64,000 nucleotides of DNA. Source: a virus. Shown piece after piece: positions 37,190 to 45,280 of the stretch. Location: positions 1,839-65,838 of IMG/VR virus record IMGVR_UViG_3300045800_000023. The stretch is one strand, 5' to 3'. The notes under the pieces were generated by a model. It was not told the DNA's origin. It saw only the letters and a program-made list of their open reading frames with translations, and ran no database searches. Numbering within the stretch: position 1 is the stretch's first letter; every line of letters begins with the position of its first letter. Position numbers and translations under genes: made by a program.

Positions 37190-37227
37190 AGTTTACCATA
37201 CTTGATACAAAAATCAACAACAATCTT
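37190..37227. promoter_or_regulatory. Back-to-back early (-) and late (+) promoter cassette
   Basis: - strand TTGATT-16-TAAACT with extended TGn; + strand CAATCTT 6 nt before ATG 37234. Confidence 0.65.
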
Positions 37228-37233
37228 GATGGT

Positions 37234-38034
37234 ATGGGAACATTAGTTGTTGGTGGCAAAGAACTACAGACACCTTTCGATACGGTAACCTTTCTTGACA
37301 ATCCGCAGTGTAAACTAGGGCCTAGGAGCGTTCGGAAGCGGGGTTCAGACGAACAAAAAGGGTTGTGTGGAATTATCGTACATACAACTGGAGGGATTCC
37401 TGGTGGCAAAGATTTGAGGCCTCAGGTGTTGAAGTCTGGAGCTGGGCCAAGTACGAACGCTGGTCCTAAATATGCTTCAATGTGGCAGACTGATTTATCA
37501 AAATTTGGTGGAGCGCACTGCCTGGTTGATTTCGACGGCAAGGTGTATCAATGCTGCGATTTGTTACTTGACGCAGCTTATCATGCTGAATTGGCCAACG
37601 GCAGGACAATTGGTATCGAGGTGTGTCAAGATCGAAGTGATGCCGGTCTATACGAAATTCAAGTTAAGTCAAATGTAAAATTGGTAAGCTGGCTTACAGC
37701 TCAATTCGGTATCCAAAGGCAGATTTGCAAGCTGCCATATGAAGGTAAGCCAGTCGATTGCCTGGCAGGTAAATTAACGCGATATGGTGTATTTGGCCAC
37801 CGCAACCTTACCTCCAAACGAGGTTCTGGAGACCCTGGCGATTACCTCCTACAAGCCCTCTCCAATGCGAATTACGAGGAGTTTGACTTCGACACTGGGG
37901 AAGACCTCGAAATCTGGAAGAACCGCCAAGGCTCGCTTGGTCTTAAGCCAGATGGCGTTCCAGGTCCCGCTACAGTAGCCGCTCTTAAAGAAGCTGGCTA
38001 TCATAACGGTCTTTGGGTTCCCGACGCTACTTAG
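37234..38034 (+). CDS. Endolysin: N-acetylmuramoyl-L-alanine amidase with C-terminal PG-binding domain
   Basis: IIVHTT, AHCLVD, AYHA...TIGIE, GHRN...DPG; LKPDGVPGPATVAAL. Confidence 0.88.
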   Translation: MGTLVVGGKELQTPFDTVTFLDNPQCKLGPRSVRKRGSDEQKGLCGIIVHTTGGIPGGKDLRPQVLKSGAGPSTNAGPKYASMWQTDLSKFGGAHCLVDFDGKVYQCCDLLLDAAYHAELANGRTIGIEVCQDRSDAGLYEIQVKSNVKLVSWLTAQFGIQRQICKLPYEGKPVDCLAGKLTRYGVFGHRNLTSKRGSGDPGDYLLQALSNANYEEFDFDTGEDLEIWKNRQGSLGLKPDGVPGPATVAALKEAGYHNGLWVPDAT

Positions 38035-39489
38035 TTAAAGGTCCCCCAGTGCTCGGGCTCGGATAACATCGAACCCCTCTTCGAATTCAAACTTGCCATC
38101 AATCCAAACCAGCTTAAGTTCGCTTTGTGTTTCTTGCTCTGGTGTAGCTTGGCTGATTAGCTCAAGCTTTCCTTTTGCATTCTTAAGGACGGCCAGTCGC
38201 CCCTTAGCAGAATTCTTCATACCATTGTCAGTTACGGGCTTCTTGAAGATATCGTAGCCCTTACCGTCAATTTGGACCCACGTAGCCTTCATGGCAAAAC
38301 CAAAGGTATCCCGCGTTACGTATTGATAACAGTATGACCCAATCCCTAAAACCATATTCCCTGAAGCAAACCCCTTCTTGGCCAAACCTGCACAAATTGC
38401 CTCAGCCCGCTCAAACGTAATAGAATCACCATAGATACAGCCAATGTGGCTGTCCAGTAGTCTGTGCCCAGTAGCCGTTTCCGTGCCACCAAAGACGTCC
38501 CAGAGGCATTCCACGACACCTTTGTAAGCAGGACTGTTTACGGCAGCTTCAGGGTCACCGCAAATGATCTTAACGGGGTCTCCACTGTCAGGACGAATGA
38601 CAACCTTACCATCACGCGCCACGATTCTTGTCTTGAGGGCTGGCAAAATCTTGGTCAATACCGCCCAAAGGTCCCAGGTGTCAGAAACGATACTAACAAT
38701 ACCTGAGGGATAAAGGTCTAGCAAGCGTTCGAAGGTTTGCTGTTCCGACATTTCGCCACCAGCGCACATGACGCTGTGCTCAGTTGCCGCAACGCTTCCT
38801 CCGATAAAGTAATCTGAAGGTGGGGCGTAATAATCCTCAATCAGATCGAGGGCAGGTACTGTATCTGTCCCAGTAAAGTACAACAAGTGCCCGGCCCCAG
38901 ACAAAGCAGCCGCTTCAGGGCTGGCCATACCACGAAAGCTAAAGTCGTGCCCCTGCCAACCCACAAATCCGTTTGGGCTACCAGTAAGCTTAGCCTTCTC
39001 GTTCAACAGCTTGCGCATCTTTGATGCCGTAGTTGCGGAAGTACAAGGCATCCAAAGAACACAAGACATAATCGTCTCAAAGTAGTTGACCAACCAGGCA
39101 AAATCCTTGTGGGTGTTTTCAACTGTCAGCATTGGACAACGAAGAGGAACCTTGGAGCCTTCCTTAACCGCACTGAACTTAAGCGGTAGATACCCTAGGT
39201 TGTGAAGGGCTCGAATGTGGTCTGAGCCAATTTGATTGGGGCCCAGGTACCCATTAACCCGCTTGGTATACCGGTCGCATACTTCATCCACATTAGAAGC
39301 AAAGAACTTGTCCCATTCAGCCATCATATACTTCTTGAGGAAAAACTGAAGACCAAAGAACACTACTTCGTTCTGGCCCTCAATCCTTGACATTCGTGGT
39401 GTCCAGTTGCTGTATACAAATTCCGTACATGTAGGGTATTGGCGCCTATGGTCAAATTTGTATCCGTCAATTGCTGTTTCTGCCTTCAT
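38035..39489 (-). CDS. nadV: Nicotinamide phosphoribosyltransferase family protein (Nampt/Namat)
   Basis: DGYKFDHRRQYP, HDFSFRG, ATEHSVMC, VSDTWD, IRPDSGDP, YGDSIT, KNSAKG. Confidence 0.92.
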   Translation of the reverse strand: MKAETAIDGYKFDHRRQYPTCTEFVYSNWTPRMSRIEGQNEVVFFGLQFFLKKYMMAEWDKFFASNVDEVCDRYTKRVNGYLGPNQIGSDHIRALHNLGYLPLKFSAVKEGSKVPLRCPMLTVENTHKDFAWLVNYFETIMSCVLWMPCTSATTASKMRKLLNEKAKLTGSPNGFVGWQGHDFSFRGMASPEAAALSGAGHLLYFTGTDTVPALDLIEDYYAPPSDYFIGGSVAATEHSVMCAGGEMSEQQTFERLLDLYPSGIVSIVSDTWDLWAVLTKILPALKTRIVARDGKVVIRPDSGDPVKIICGDPEAAVNSPAYKGVVECLWDVFGGTETATGHRLLDSHIGCIYGDSITFERAEAICAGLAKKGFASGNMVLGIGSYCYQYVTRDTFGFAMKATWVQIDGKGYDIFKKPVTDNGMKNSAKGRLAVLKNAKGKLELISQATPEQETQSELKLVWIDGKFEFEEGFDVIRARALGDL

Positions 39490-40352
39490 TAGTAATTTCC
39501 TCCCATAAGTCGTTCACAAATTTCAATAACTTTTACCCCTGGGATTGTCTCGGGGCTGTTTACAATCGAATCGGTAGTGTACACGTTTTCGAACACCTTT
39601 AGCAAGGACTTTGTTCCTTTACTGAAGATGCCGTGAGTTACAAAAAGGTCGGCCTTGATTTCTAGCTGAAGGAGTTTTTCTCCCAGCCCCAAGAATGTTC
39701 CGCCGCCATCACAAATGTCATCAACCACAAGGACCTTCTTACCAGCCTCACAGGCAAATGGCTCAACCCCAAAGCCAGAGATAGAACCGTCTATAACGCT
39801 ACGTGTCTTCCAAGCATGAACCAGGGGAACCTTCCAAGCTTTAGCGAATCTGCTAGCTCGCTTTTCAGCTCCTGCATCTGGGCTGACTACCGCACAGTAT
39901 AGATTATTACAATCCCAGAATGGAGAATAAGCCTGGCAAACAATGTCACTGTGAACAACCTTGCAATTATTGATAAGCCCGGAAATTACCTCAGAATGTG
40001 GATCCAGGATTGTCACTTGAGAAAATCGCCGCTCATTAATCATATTGGCGATTGACTTGGCCGTAAAAAGAAAGTCCCCGGTATCGTTCAGCCGGTCTTG
40101 CCTGGCTCCAGGGACACAGGGAAGAATAAGGTCTAGAAAATTGCCTCCACGCCACTTCCAGGCATCAATGAAGAACATTGCGGACATAAAATCCGTCATA
40201 TGGAACGGCCTGACTACAATAGCCTCTAGGAAGGTCTTCTTGGGGTCTAGGTTTGTCTTTAGGATTGGAACATTGTCGGGATAAACACTACAATCCAGAT
40301 GGTGGACCCCGCCTTGGTTATCTACTGCATATACATGTGAAAAGTTGGTCAT
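39489..40352 (-). CDS. prs: Ribose-phosphate pyrophosphokinase family protein (Prs/Adps-like)
   Basis: PGARQDR, LDPHS, VSPDAGAEKRA, LVVDDICDGGGTF, VTHGIFSKG. Confidence 0.88.
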   Translation of the reverse strand: MTNFSHVYAVDNQGGVHHLDCSVYPDNVPILKTNLDPKKTFLEAIVVRPFHMTDFMSAMFFIDAWKWRGGNFLDLILPCVPGARQDRLNDTGDFLFTAKSIANMINERRFSQVTILDPHSEVISGLINNCKVVHSDIVCQAYSPFWDCNNLYCAVVSPDAGAEKRASRFAKAWKVPLVHAWKTRSVIDGSISGFGVEPFACEAGKKVLVVDDICDGGGTFLGLGEKLLQLEIKADLFVTHGIFSKGTKSLLKVFENVYTTDSIVNSPETIPGVKVIEICERLMGGNY

Positions 40353-40367
40353 GTCGGGTATCCTAAT

Positions 40368-40658
40368 CTACTTGACGATTTTGGTCAAGTCTTTTTTGAA
40401 CAAACCAGCCACGGGGCTATAGATCCTAACCAACAAAGGTGTGTCTGGGCGGTCTCGTTTGTCGTGGCTATCACAAATCTTGTTCCAAAGTACAACTGCG
40501 TCAAAAAGCGTTTTCTTCTCAGCGACCCAAGCAAAACTACACCTTGCGTTAGAACAAAAAATCGCTTTGATATCCTTAGGCTTAAACGAAAGCCCCCAAC
40601 TTGAACCACACTTTGGACAGTTCTGAGGCTCTTCCCAGTTGATTAGATTAGGAGACAT
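40368..40658 (-). CDS. Lar-like Zn-ribbon protein
   Basis: CPKCG...FCSNARC...AVVLWNK. Confidence 0.5.
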   Translation of the reverse strand: MSPNLINWEEPQNCPKCGSSWGLSFKPKDIKAIFCSNARCSFAWVAEKKTLFDAVVLWNKICDSHDKRDRPDTPLLVRIYSPVAGLFKKDLTKIVK

Positions 40659-40699
40659 AGTGGCAATACTCGAAGAGTTCAAGTAACAATCTTATAACC

Positions 40700-41317
40700 A
40701 TGACAACTCCTGACAATACTAAACAGTGCTCTAAATGTAAACGAGAAAAACCTGTGTCCGAATTTCACAACACAAAAAGATCCAAGGACGGCAAGGCCTC
40801 CTGGTGTAAGGTGTGTATGGCTATTCGGTATCTGGAAAACAAGGATAAGGTCGCTCAAAAAAACAAGGAAAATTCAACCTCGATTTCTGTTAGAATGAAA
40901 GCTTGGAGGGCGGCCAATCGGTTAAAGATAAAAGAAAACAAGAAAAGATGGGACCAAGAAAACAAGAATTGGATAAACACTCAACAGAGAGAGCGCAGAG
41001 CCACGGACATAAACTTCAGGATAGCCGAATCATTACGCAAAAGAGTGTGGAAATCGGTAAGGAAAGGGAAAAGGGCTGGCTCTGCGATTAGAGACTGCGG
41101 GTGTTCTGTAGGGTTTCTGCGAAGTTATTTAGAATCTAAGTTCCTCCCTGGGATGACCTGGGACAATTGGGGGCCGAAAGGTTGGCACATTGACCATATC
41201 ACGCCACTGGTCGCCTTTGACTTGACAGAAAAAGACCAGTTTCTTGCAGCCTGCCATTACACTAATTTACAGCCTCTATGGTGGAAAGACAACCTTAGCA
41301 AGTCAGCAAAATTCTAG
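40700..41317 (+). mobile_element. Free-standing HNH homing endonuclease with N-terminal Zn finger, antisense to its operon
   Basis: CSKCK...CKVC; GCS...GMTWDNWG..GWHIDHI...HYTNLQPLW..DNLSK; late motif. Confidence 0.85.
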
Positions 41318-42402
41318 ACACAGCCCACAATCCGCATGTAAGAGTCTGTTGTTATTTTAGCGGAGGACAAAGCTTGAGTTACCGATGCCCCCGTTTTCCG
41401 CATCTGGAACAGAATCGACGAATAAGGATACGCGGTCGCGACTGAGGCAAATTCTTTTTGGGATATTCTATCCTTTATACTGTTGTAGGTCTTACCGATG
41501 GTCTCTACGGTATCCACATGTTTTTGTTGAATTTCTTCAAAAATATCCAGAAGAGTTGGGAACGACGATATGGCTATTTTTAGTTCACTATACTCGCCCT
41601 TGCGGATTACCTCGCACATGCGCTTCTTGGACAACGAGTCCTTGGCATGATGCAGCATAACGTAGGCCGGTGACTTGATTTTGACCCGGTTAAAGTGGCT
41701 GTCCACTACAACGAACCCCTCGTGCTCCAAAGGGTTGAGCCCCTCAGCCGCCTTGATGCAATCTTCAATAGAATTGAGGGGGTAGACCTTGACAGAATTG
41801 AAGGCTTCCGGTTGTAAGGATACAGAAACCTCCTTAAGGGTATTCTTGTTTCGTCCACCGATAAGGTGTAGGGACGCTTCTTTGTGGTCTACCACGACTC
41901 GGTTGAGAGGCCCGGTAAGCTCAAAGGCGTAAGAAAAATCTGTCCCCAGCCATTCTGTCTTGCACCCCTGCTTCTCCCAGGTTTTCCAAAACAATTCTTC
42001 AAAGGTCTTGCCGTAATCACCTACCTGGCCGCTTGCGTCTGGAGTGCCAGAGGTTGCGACGTGCCAATCGTCGTCATAGTAATACAGTTGACACAACGAT
42101 CCATCTTCTTTAGCCTGTACCTCAGCCGTAGACCAATCGATTTTGGCAGCGAGGGGCTCCCCATAGTTGAAGAACTTCCTGAAGGTATAGCAGATTACCT
42201 TCCAGTTGTCTTTTTCGTCCAGGATGATGCCTCGGGCCTCCTGGACAATTGGCTCCTTGAAGTCAGACTCGATTTGGCTATACTTGAACAAACAGAGCTG
42301 GTTATATCCAGAATGCCGCTTGCAGTCAATCGAATACAGCTCCTTGAGCTTTTCAATGCCGTTAGGCGTATTGCGCAAGAATTTTTGGATTTCGAGTTCC
42401 AT
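41314..42402 (-). CDS. rnl1: RNA ligase 1 (T4 Rnl1-like)
   Basis: EARGIIL, KFFNYGE, KEDGS, FELTGPLNRVVV, EGFVV, RVKIKSPAY. Confidence 0.9.
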   Translation of the reverse strand: MELEIQKFLRNTPNGIEKLKELYSIDCKRHSGYNQLCLFKYSQIESDFKEPIVQEARGIILDEKDNWKVICYTFRKFFNYGEPLAAKIDWSTAEVQAKEDGSLCQLYYYDDDWHVATSGTPDASGQVGDYGKTFEELFWKTWEKQGCKTEWLGTDFSYAFELTGPLNRVVVDHKEASLHLIGGRNKNTLKEVSVSLQPEAFNSVKVYPLNSIEDCIKAAEGLNPLEHEGFVVVDSHFNRVKIKSPAYVMLHHAKDSLSKKRMCEVIRKGEYSELKIAISSFPTLLDIFEEIQQKHVDTVETIGKTYNSIKDRISQKEFASVATAYPYSSILFQMRKTGASVTQALSSAKITTDSYMRIVGCV

Positions 42403-42425
42403 GTAGGTATCTTACTCTCATCTGG

Positions 42426-43175
42426 CTAGATGTCAATAATTTTCGGCTCCCAAAAAGCAGGTAGCTCGTGGATGTACCCAGCTGGATTAGAAACAATCCG
42501 GGTATTTCCAATCTTGTAGTCCACCGGTTCATGGCTGTGGCCGTGTACGAAGGCTAAAATATGACTGTCGGCAATCAGTTCATCATTGTCGAACCCAACG
42601 AAGAACCGGTTGATAGAGCTTCGGCGGTATTTTGGATGGACAGAGCTGGAGCTAGGCAAATGATGCGACACGACGATACAAGGTTCGTCTTTGATACCGT
42701 GCAACAAAATGTCGAATCTTTCGTTCCTGCGGTAAATCTCTGGCTCCAGGCCTTGGATATACCCAAAATCGTTCATCAAGTCTTTGTAGTACCTATGGTC
42801 TGGTGCATCTGGGAACCACAGGGTCCCTGCCAACATAGAAAGGTTTCCTAATGCTGGAATATCTTGGCTAGTCAGGATTTTGGCCCTGGAAGCAACTGTT
42901 AGGTTGGGTATTTTGTCAGGAAGTTTGTGAGCTTTGATGTCAACTTCAGTAATTGATGCACTGTAGCATTCGTGGTTACCCAGTACATAGAGAACATGCC
43001 TCGATTTGGCACAGATTTCTCTAAGATTTAGCTTCCACCTCCAATGGTCAGCTTGGGACAAATCCCCAGCAATGACGGTAAGGTCGCAATCGGGTACAAC
43101 CAACTGCGACACAAACTCTTCCCCACCGTCTCGGTGCATGTCCAGGTGGAGGTCGGAAAGTAGACAAATTTTCAT
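42426..43175 (-). CDS. Calcineurin-like metallophosphoesterase
   Basis: SDLH, AGD, GNHE, SHH, HGHSH. Confidence 0.9.
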   Translation of the reverse strand: MKICLLSDLHLDMHRDGGEEFVSQLVVPDCDLTVIAGDLSQADHWRWKLNLREICAKSRHVLYVLGNHECYSASITEVDIKAHKLPDKIPNLTVASRAKILTSQDIPALGNLSMLAGTLWFPDAPDHRYYKDLMNDFGYIQGLEPEIYRRNERFDILLHGIKDEPCIVVSHHLPSSSSVHPKYRRSSINRFFVGFDNDELIADSHILAFVHGHSHEPVDYKIGNTRIVSNPAGYIHELPAFWEPKIIDI

Positions 43176-43205
43176 GGGCCTACACTACCAGGATCTAAAG
43201 AATTG

Positions 43206-44090
43206 TCAATCCTTGATAATGCTCAAATGCTGCTTAAACAGCTTGGCCGTCCTGTTACCAATTTCCTTGCGTAGGGGCATGGTATCAACAACTTCGCCGT
43301 CAGATTCTCTTAAGACATCTTCTGTCATTCGAGCAATTACGTCCTTGGTCCTTTCGATGCTGATACTCTCGGTCTCTCCCATCTTGTCGAGTATGTGCTC
43401 AAGGCGCATCGGGGTAACCCATTCATCAATGATTAGAGCTACGCCTTCAAGAACCCGTCGTTTTTCCTCAGATTCAACGGTCCTTACAGACTTGGTCTCA
43501 CGAAATTCTTCCCGCTTGTGCTTACAAATGATGCGGGAATTTTCATCCGTACCATAGGAGAATTCCATCAAGGGCCTGGCGACGATACCTTCACGCAGCT
43601 TGTCATTGCCGCAGCCGTTCCTGATGGCCTGCACTGAAAAAGCATCGCGTTCTGCGTCAAGAGCTTCGACCGTGGCCGGTACCCTCTTGTAATGAACAAA
43701 CTCCAGGCCCAGGTTGTTGGCGTACTGTTCAGCTCTCGGGACCTCAAGCCACCTTTCGGCAACCCAGGCATCAAAAGCGATGAACTTTAGAGAAGGCCCA
43801 TAGGTAGCAGACATTCTCTGCATCTTGCCGCCATATGCTTCACCATACAAAGTGAACTTTGTGTAGCCGATGCTCTTGATTTTTTCAAGGAGTTCTTCCT
43901 GGTTGAACAGCTTCACGAATTCCTCGTACTTGGCCCCTCCAGAGAAGAAACGAAGCTGGCTTCCTTCGGGCTTTTCGACGTCATAAGAGACATGAGCGGA
44001 GGTTCCATGAATTTTTTCAAGAGCGTAGCATTCCTTGAACAGGAGGATGTTTTTTGACGCATAGAGATTTTTAATGTGTAAGTAACCCAT
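43206..44090 (-). CDS. rnl2: RNA ligase, Rnl2 family
   Basis: EKIHGTS, LYGEAYG, FIAFD, REGIVARP, ICKHK; start moved to ATG 44090 (AAGGAG RBS). Confidence 0.85.
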   Translation of the reverse strand: MGYLHIKNLYASKNILLFKECYALEKIHGTSAHVSYDVEKPEGSQLRFFSGGAKYEEFVKLFNQEELLEKIKSIGYTKFTLYGEAYGGKMQRMSATYGPSLKFIAFDAWVAERWLEVPRAEQYANNLGLEFVHYKRVPATVEALDAERDAFSVQAIRNGCGNDKLREGIVARPLMEFSYGTDENSRIICKHKREEFRETKSVRTVESEEKRRVLEGVALIIDEWVTPMRLEHILDKMGETESISIERTKDVIARMTEDVLRESDGEVVDTMPLRKEIGNRTAKLFKQHLSIIKD

Positions 44091-44116
44091 TGTGTCATAC
44101 TCCTTGATGCGGTGTG

Positions 44117-44191
44117 TAGAGGTGGTGAGAATTGCACTCACGAATTTCCCGATTATAGATCGGGAGCCTTCGACTACTTGGCCACACCTCA
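44117..44191 (-). tRNA. trnI: tRNA-Ile(UAU) with C33
   Basis: CCCGA-TCTATAA-TCGGG; A73; T-loop TGCAATT. Confidence 0.7.
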
Positions 44192-44192
44192 G

Positions 44193-44266
44193 TAACCCCG
44201 GCCAGAATTGCACTGGCAACCCCAAATTTAGGAAATTTGTACTCTATCTAATTGAGCTACGGAGTT
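44193..44266 (-). tRNA. trnR: tRNA-Arg(CCU)
   Basis: CAAAT-TTCCTAA-ATTTG; AACTCCG/CGGGGTT acceptor. Confidence 0.85.
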
Positions 44267-44274
44267 GAATCTAG

Positions 44275-44348
44275 AGGCCCTGGTTGGATTCGAACCAAAG
44301 TGACGGGTTTTGCAGACCCGCGCCTAAACCAGGCTCGACCACAGGACC
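44275..44348 (-). tRNA. trnC: tRNA-Cys(GCA)
   Basis: CGGGT-CTGCAAA-ACCCG, U73. Confidence 0.92.
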
Positions 44349-44353
44349 AAAAA

Positions 44354-44446
44354 TAAGAGCAGGCGATTAACCACTATCTTACAGCCTTCCGTATACGAGC
44401 GTATCTTGGTTGGCCGTCAGGAATTGAACACTGAGTTCCCGCTTTG
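44354..44446 (-). ncRNA. Circularly permuted tRNA-like element (3' half precedes 5' half; joined loop CUUA|CAA = Val UAC)
   Basis: 3' half CAA-AGCGG-GAAC-TCAG(T)G-TTCAATT-CCTGA-CGGCCA-A-CCA; 5' half GGCTG-TA-AGAT-AGTGGTTA-ATCG-C-CTGCT-CT-TA. Confidence 0.65.
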
Positions 44447-44586
44447 TGATATGAATGGGAGTCGAACCCAGCCGGAAATATCTTACTCTTAAAGCTACAT
44501 CTCCCCGGTTTTGATGACCTGAATCTAGCGGCGTTCCTTCCGCGTCGTCATTCAGAACAAAGCAGACCTCTCTGCCAGTTCATATC
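44447..44586 (-). ncRNA. 140-nt tRNA-like RNA with two long arms in place of the anticodon and variable arms
   Basis: GATATGAA/TTCATATC acceptor plus A; GCAGA/TCTGC hairpin; T-arm TGGG-TTCGACT-CCCA. Confidence 0.6.
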
Positions 44587-44609
44587 GTTATTTTGTTTTC
44601 AATTCGTGT

Positions 44610-44638
44610 ATACTACCTCAGGACCTGTTTCTTGTCAA
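44610..44638 (-). promoter_or_regulatory. sigma70-like promoter for the tRNA cluster and RNA ligase genes
   Basis: TTGACA-17-TAGTAT. Confidence 0.75.
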
Positions 44639-44641
44639 CTT

Positions 44642-44821
44642 TTATTTTCCCCAAACTTTGTCAAGCTCTTCTTCGGTCAAATCGACCATTTTTCCATCGA
44701 CTACTTTAACATAGTGGCCACAGCCCTGCCGAAGCTTTCCTGGAACCGCGTCATAATCGCCAGACTCCAGGCCCCTAATCAAGGCCTCTACCATATCTAT
44801 ATAAGCGGCCTTGCCGGTCAT
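44642..44821 (-). CDS. 59-aa hypothetical protein (not in ORF track)
   Basis: MTGKAAYIDMVEALIRG...; TAATG coupling to the HAD gene. Confidence 0.55.
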   Translation of the reverse strand: MTGKAAYIDMVEALIRGLESGDYDAVPGKLRQGCGHYVKVVDGKMVDLTEEELDKVWGK

Positions 44822-45273
44822 TAAGAGTGTTGTTGTCGAATGATCGAGTTTAGGTGGAACTTAACGCTACGCAAAATATCTCCTTCTGTGTACTTTGGAT
44901 TTTGCTCCAATTCATCTATCATCTTAGCCAGCCGTTCTTCTCGGGTTAGCCCAGTGTTGATATCGATGTGTTCTGCTCGGTCGTCATAGAGTACATCGAA
45001 CATTGTCTTTTGGCAAGTAACTTCTAACTCCTGCCCCAAATGCTTAACGCACCAATCCTTAACGGCCCTGGTCGAGGCCTCTACGTCGGCAAGCTTGGTG
45101 TACCTGGAATCAGGGCTAATGCGGGCCGTAAAAATAGTTACCTTGTCACCGTTAGCCAGCCAGCCTTTGACCTTTTCTAGCATTGCCGGGATAGGATCTC
45201 CAATATGAGTTGCGCCCCTCCATTCATCAAAATGAGCTAATGTTCTGTCTAGATCTACAAATCGTTCTCTCAT
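44821..45273 (-). CDS. HAD-family phosphatase
   Basis: FVDLDRTLA, IFTAR, LYDDRA; start moved to ATG 45273. Confidence 0.8.
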   Translation of the reverse strand: MRERFVDLDRTLAHFDEWRGATHIGDPIPAMLEKVKGWLANGDKVTIFTARISPDSRYTKLADVEASTRAVKDWCVKHLGQELEVTCQKTMFDVLYDDRAEHIDINTGLTREERLAKMIDELEQNPKYTEGDILRSVKFHLNSIIRQQHS

Positions 45274-45280
45274 GAGTCTC

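Noticed and set aside
44117-44191. Possible amber (CUA) suppressor tRNA and stop-codon recoding
   Set aside because: The symmetric stem centres the loop on TAT, not CTA; long genes end normally in TAA, TAG or TGA and are not fragmented under code 11
44447-44586. tmRNA (also considered for 17431-17580)
   Set aside because: Far too short, no tag reading frame or pseudoknot region, no G3-U70 acceptor
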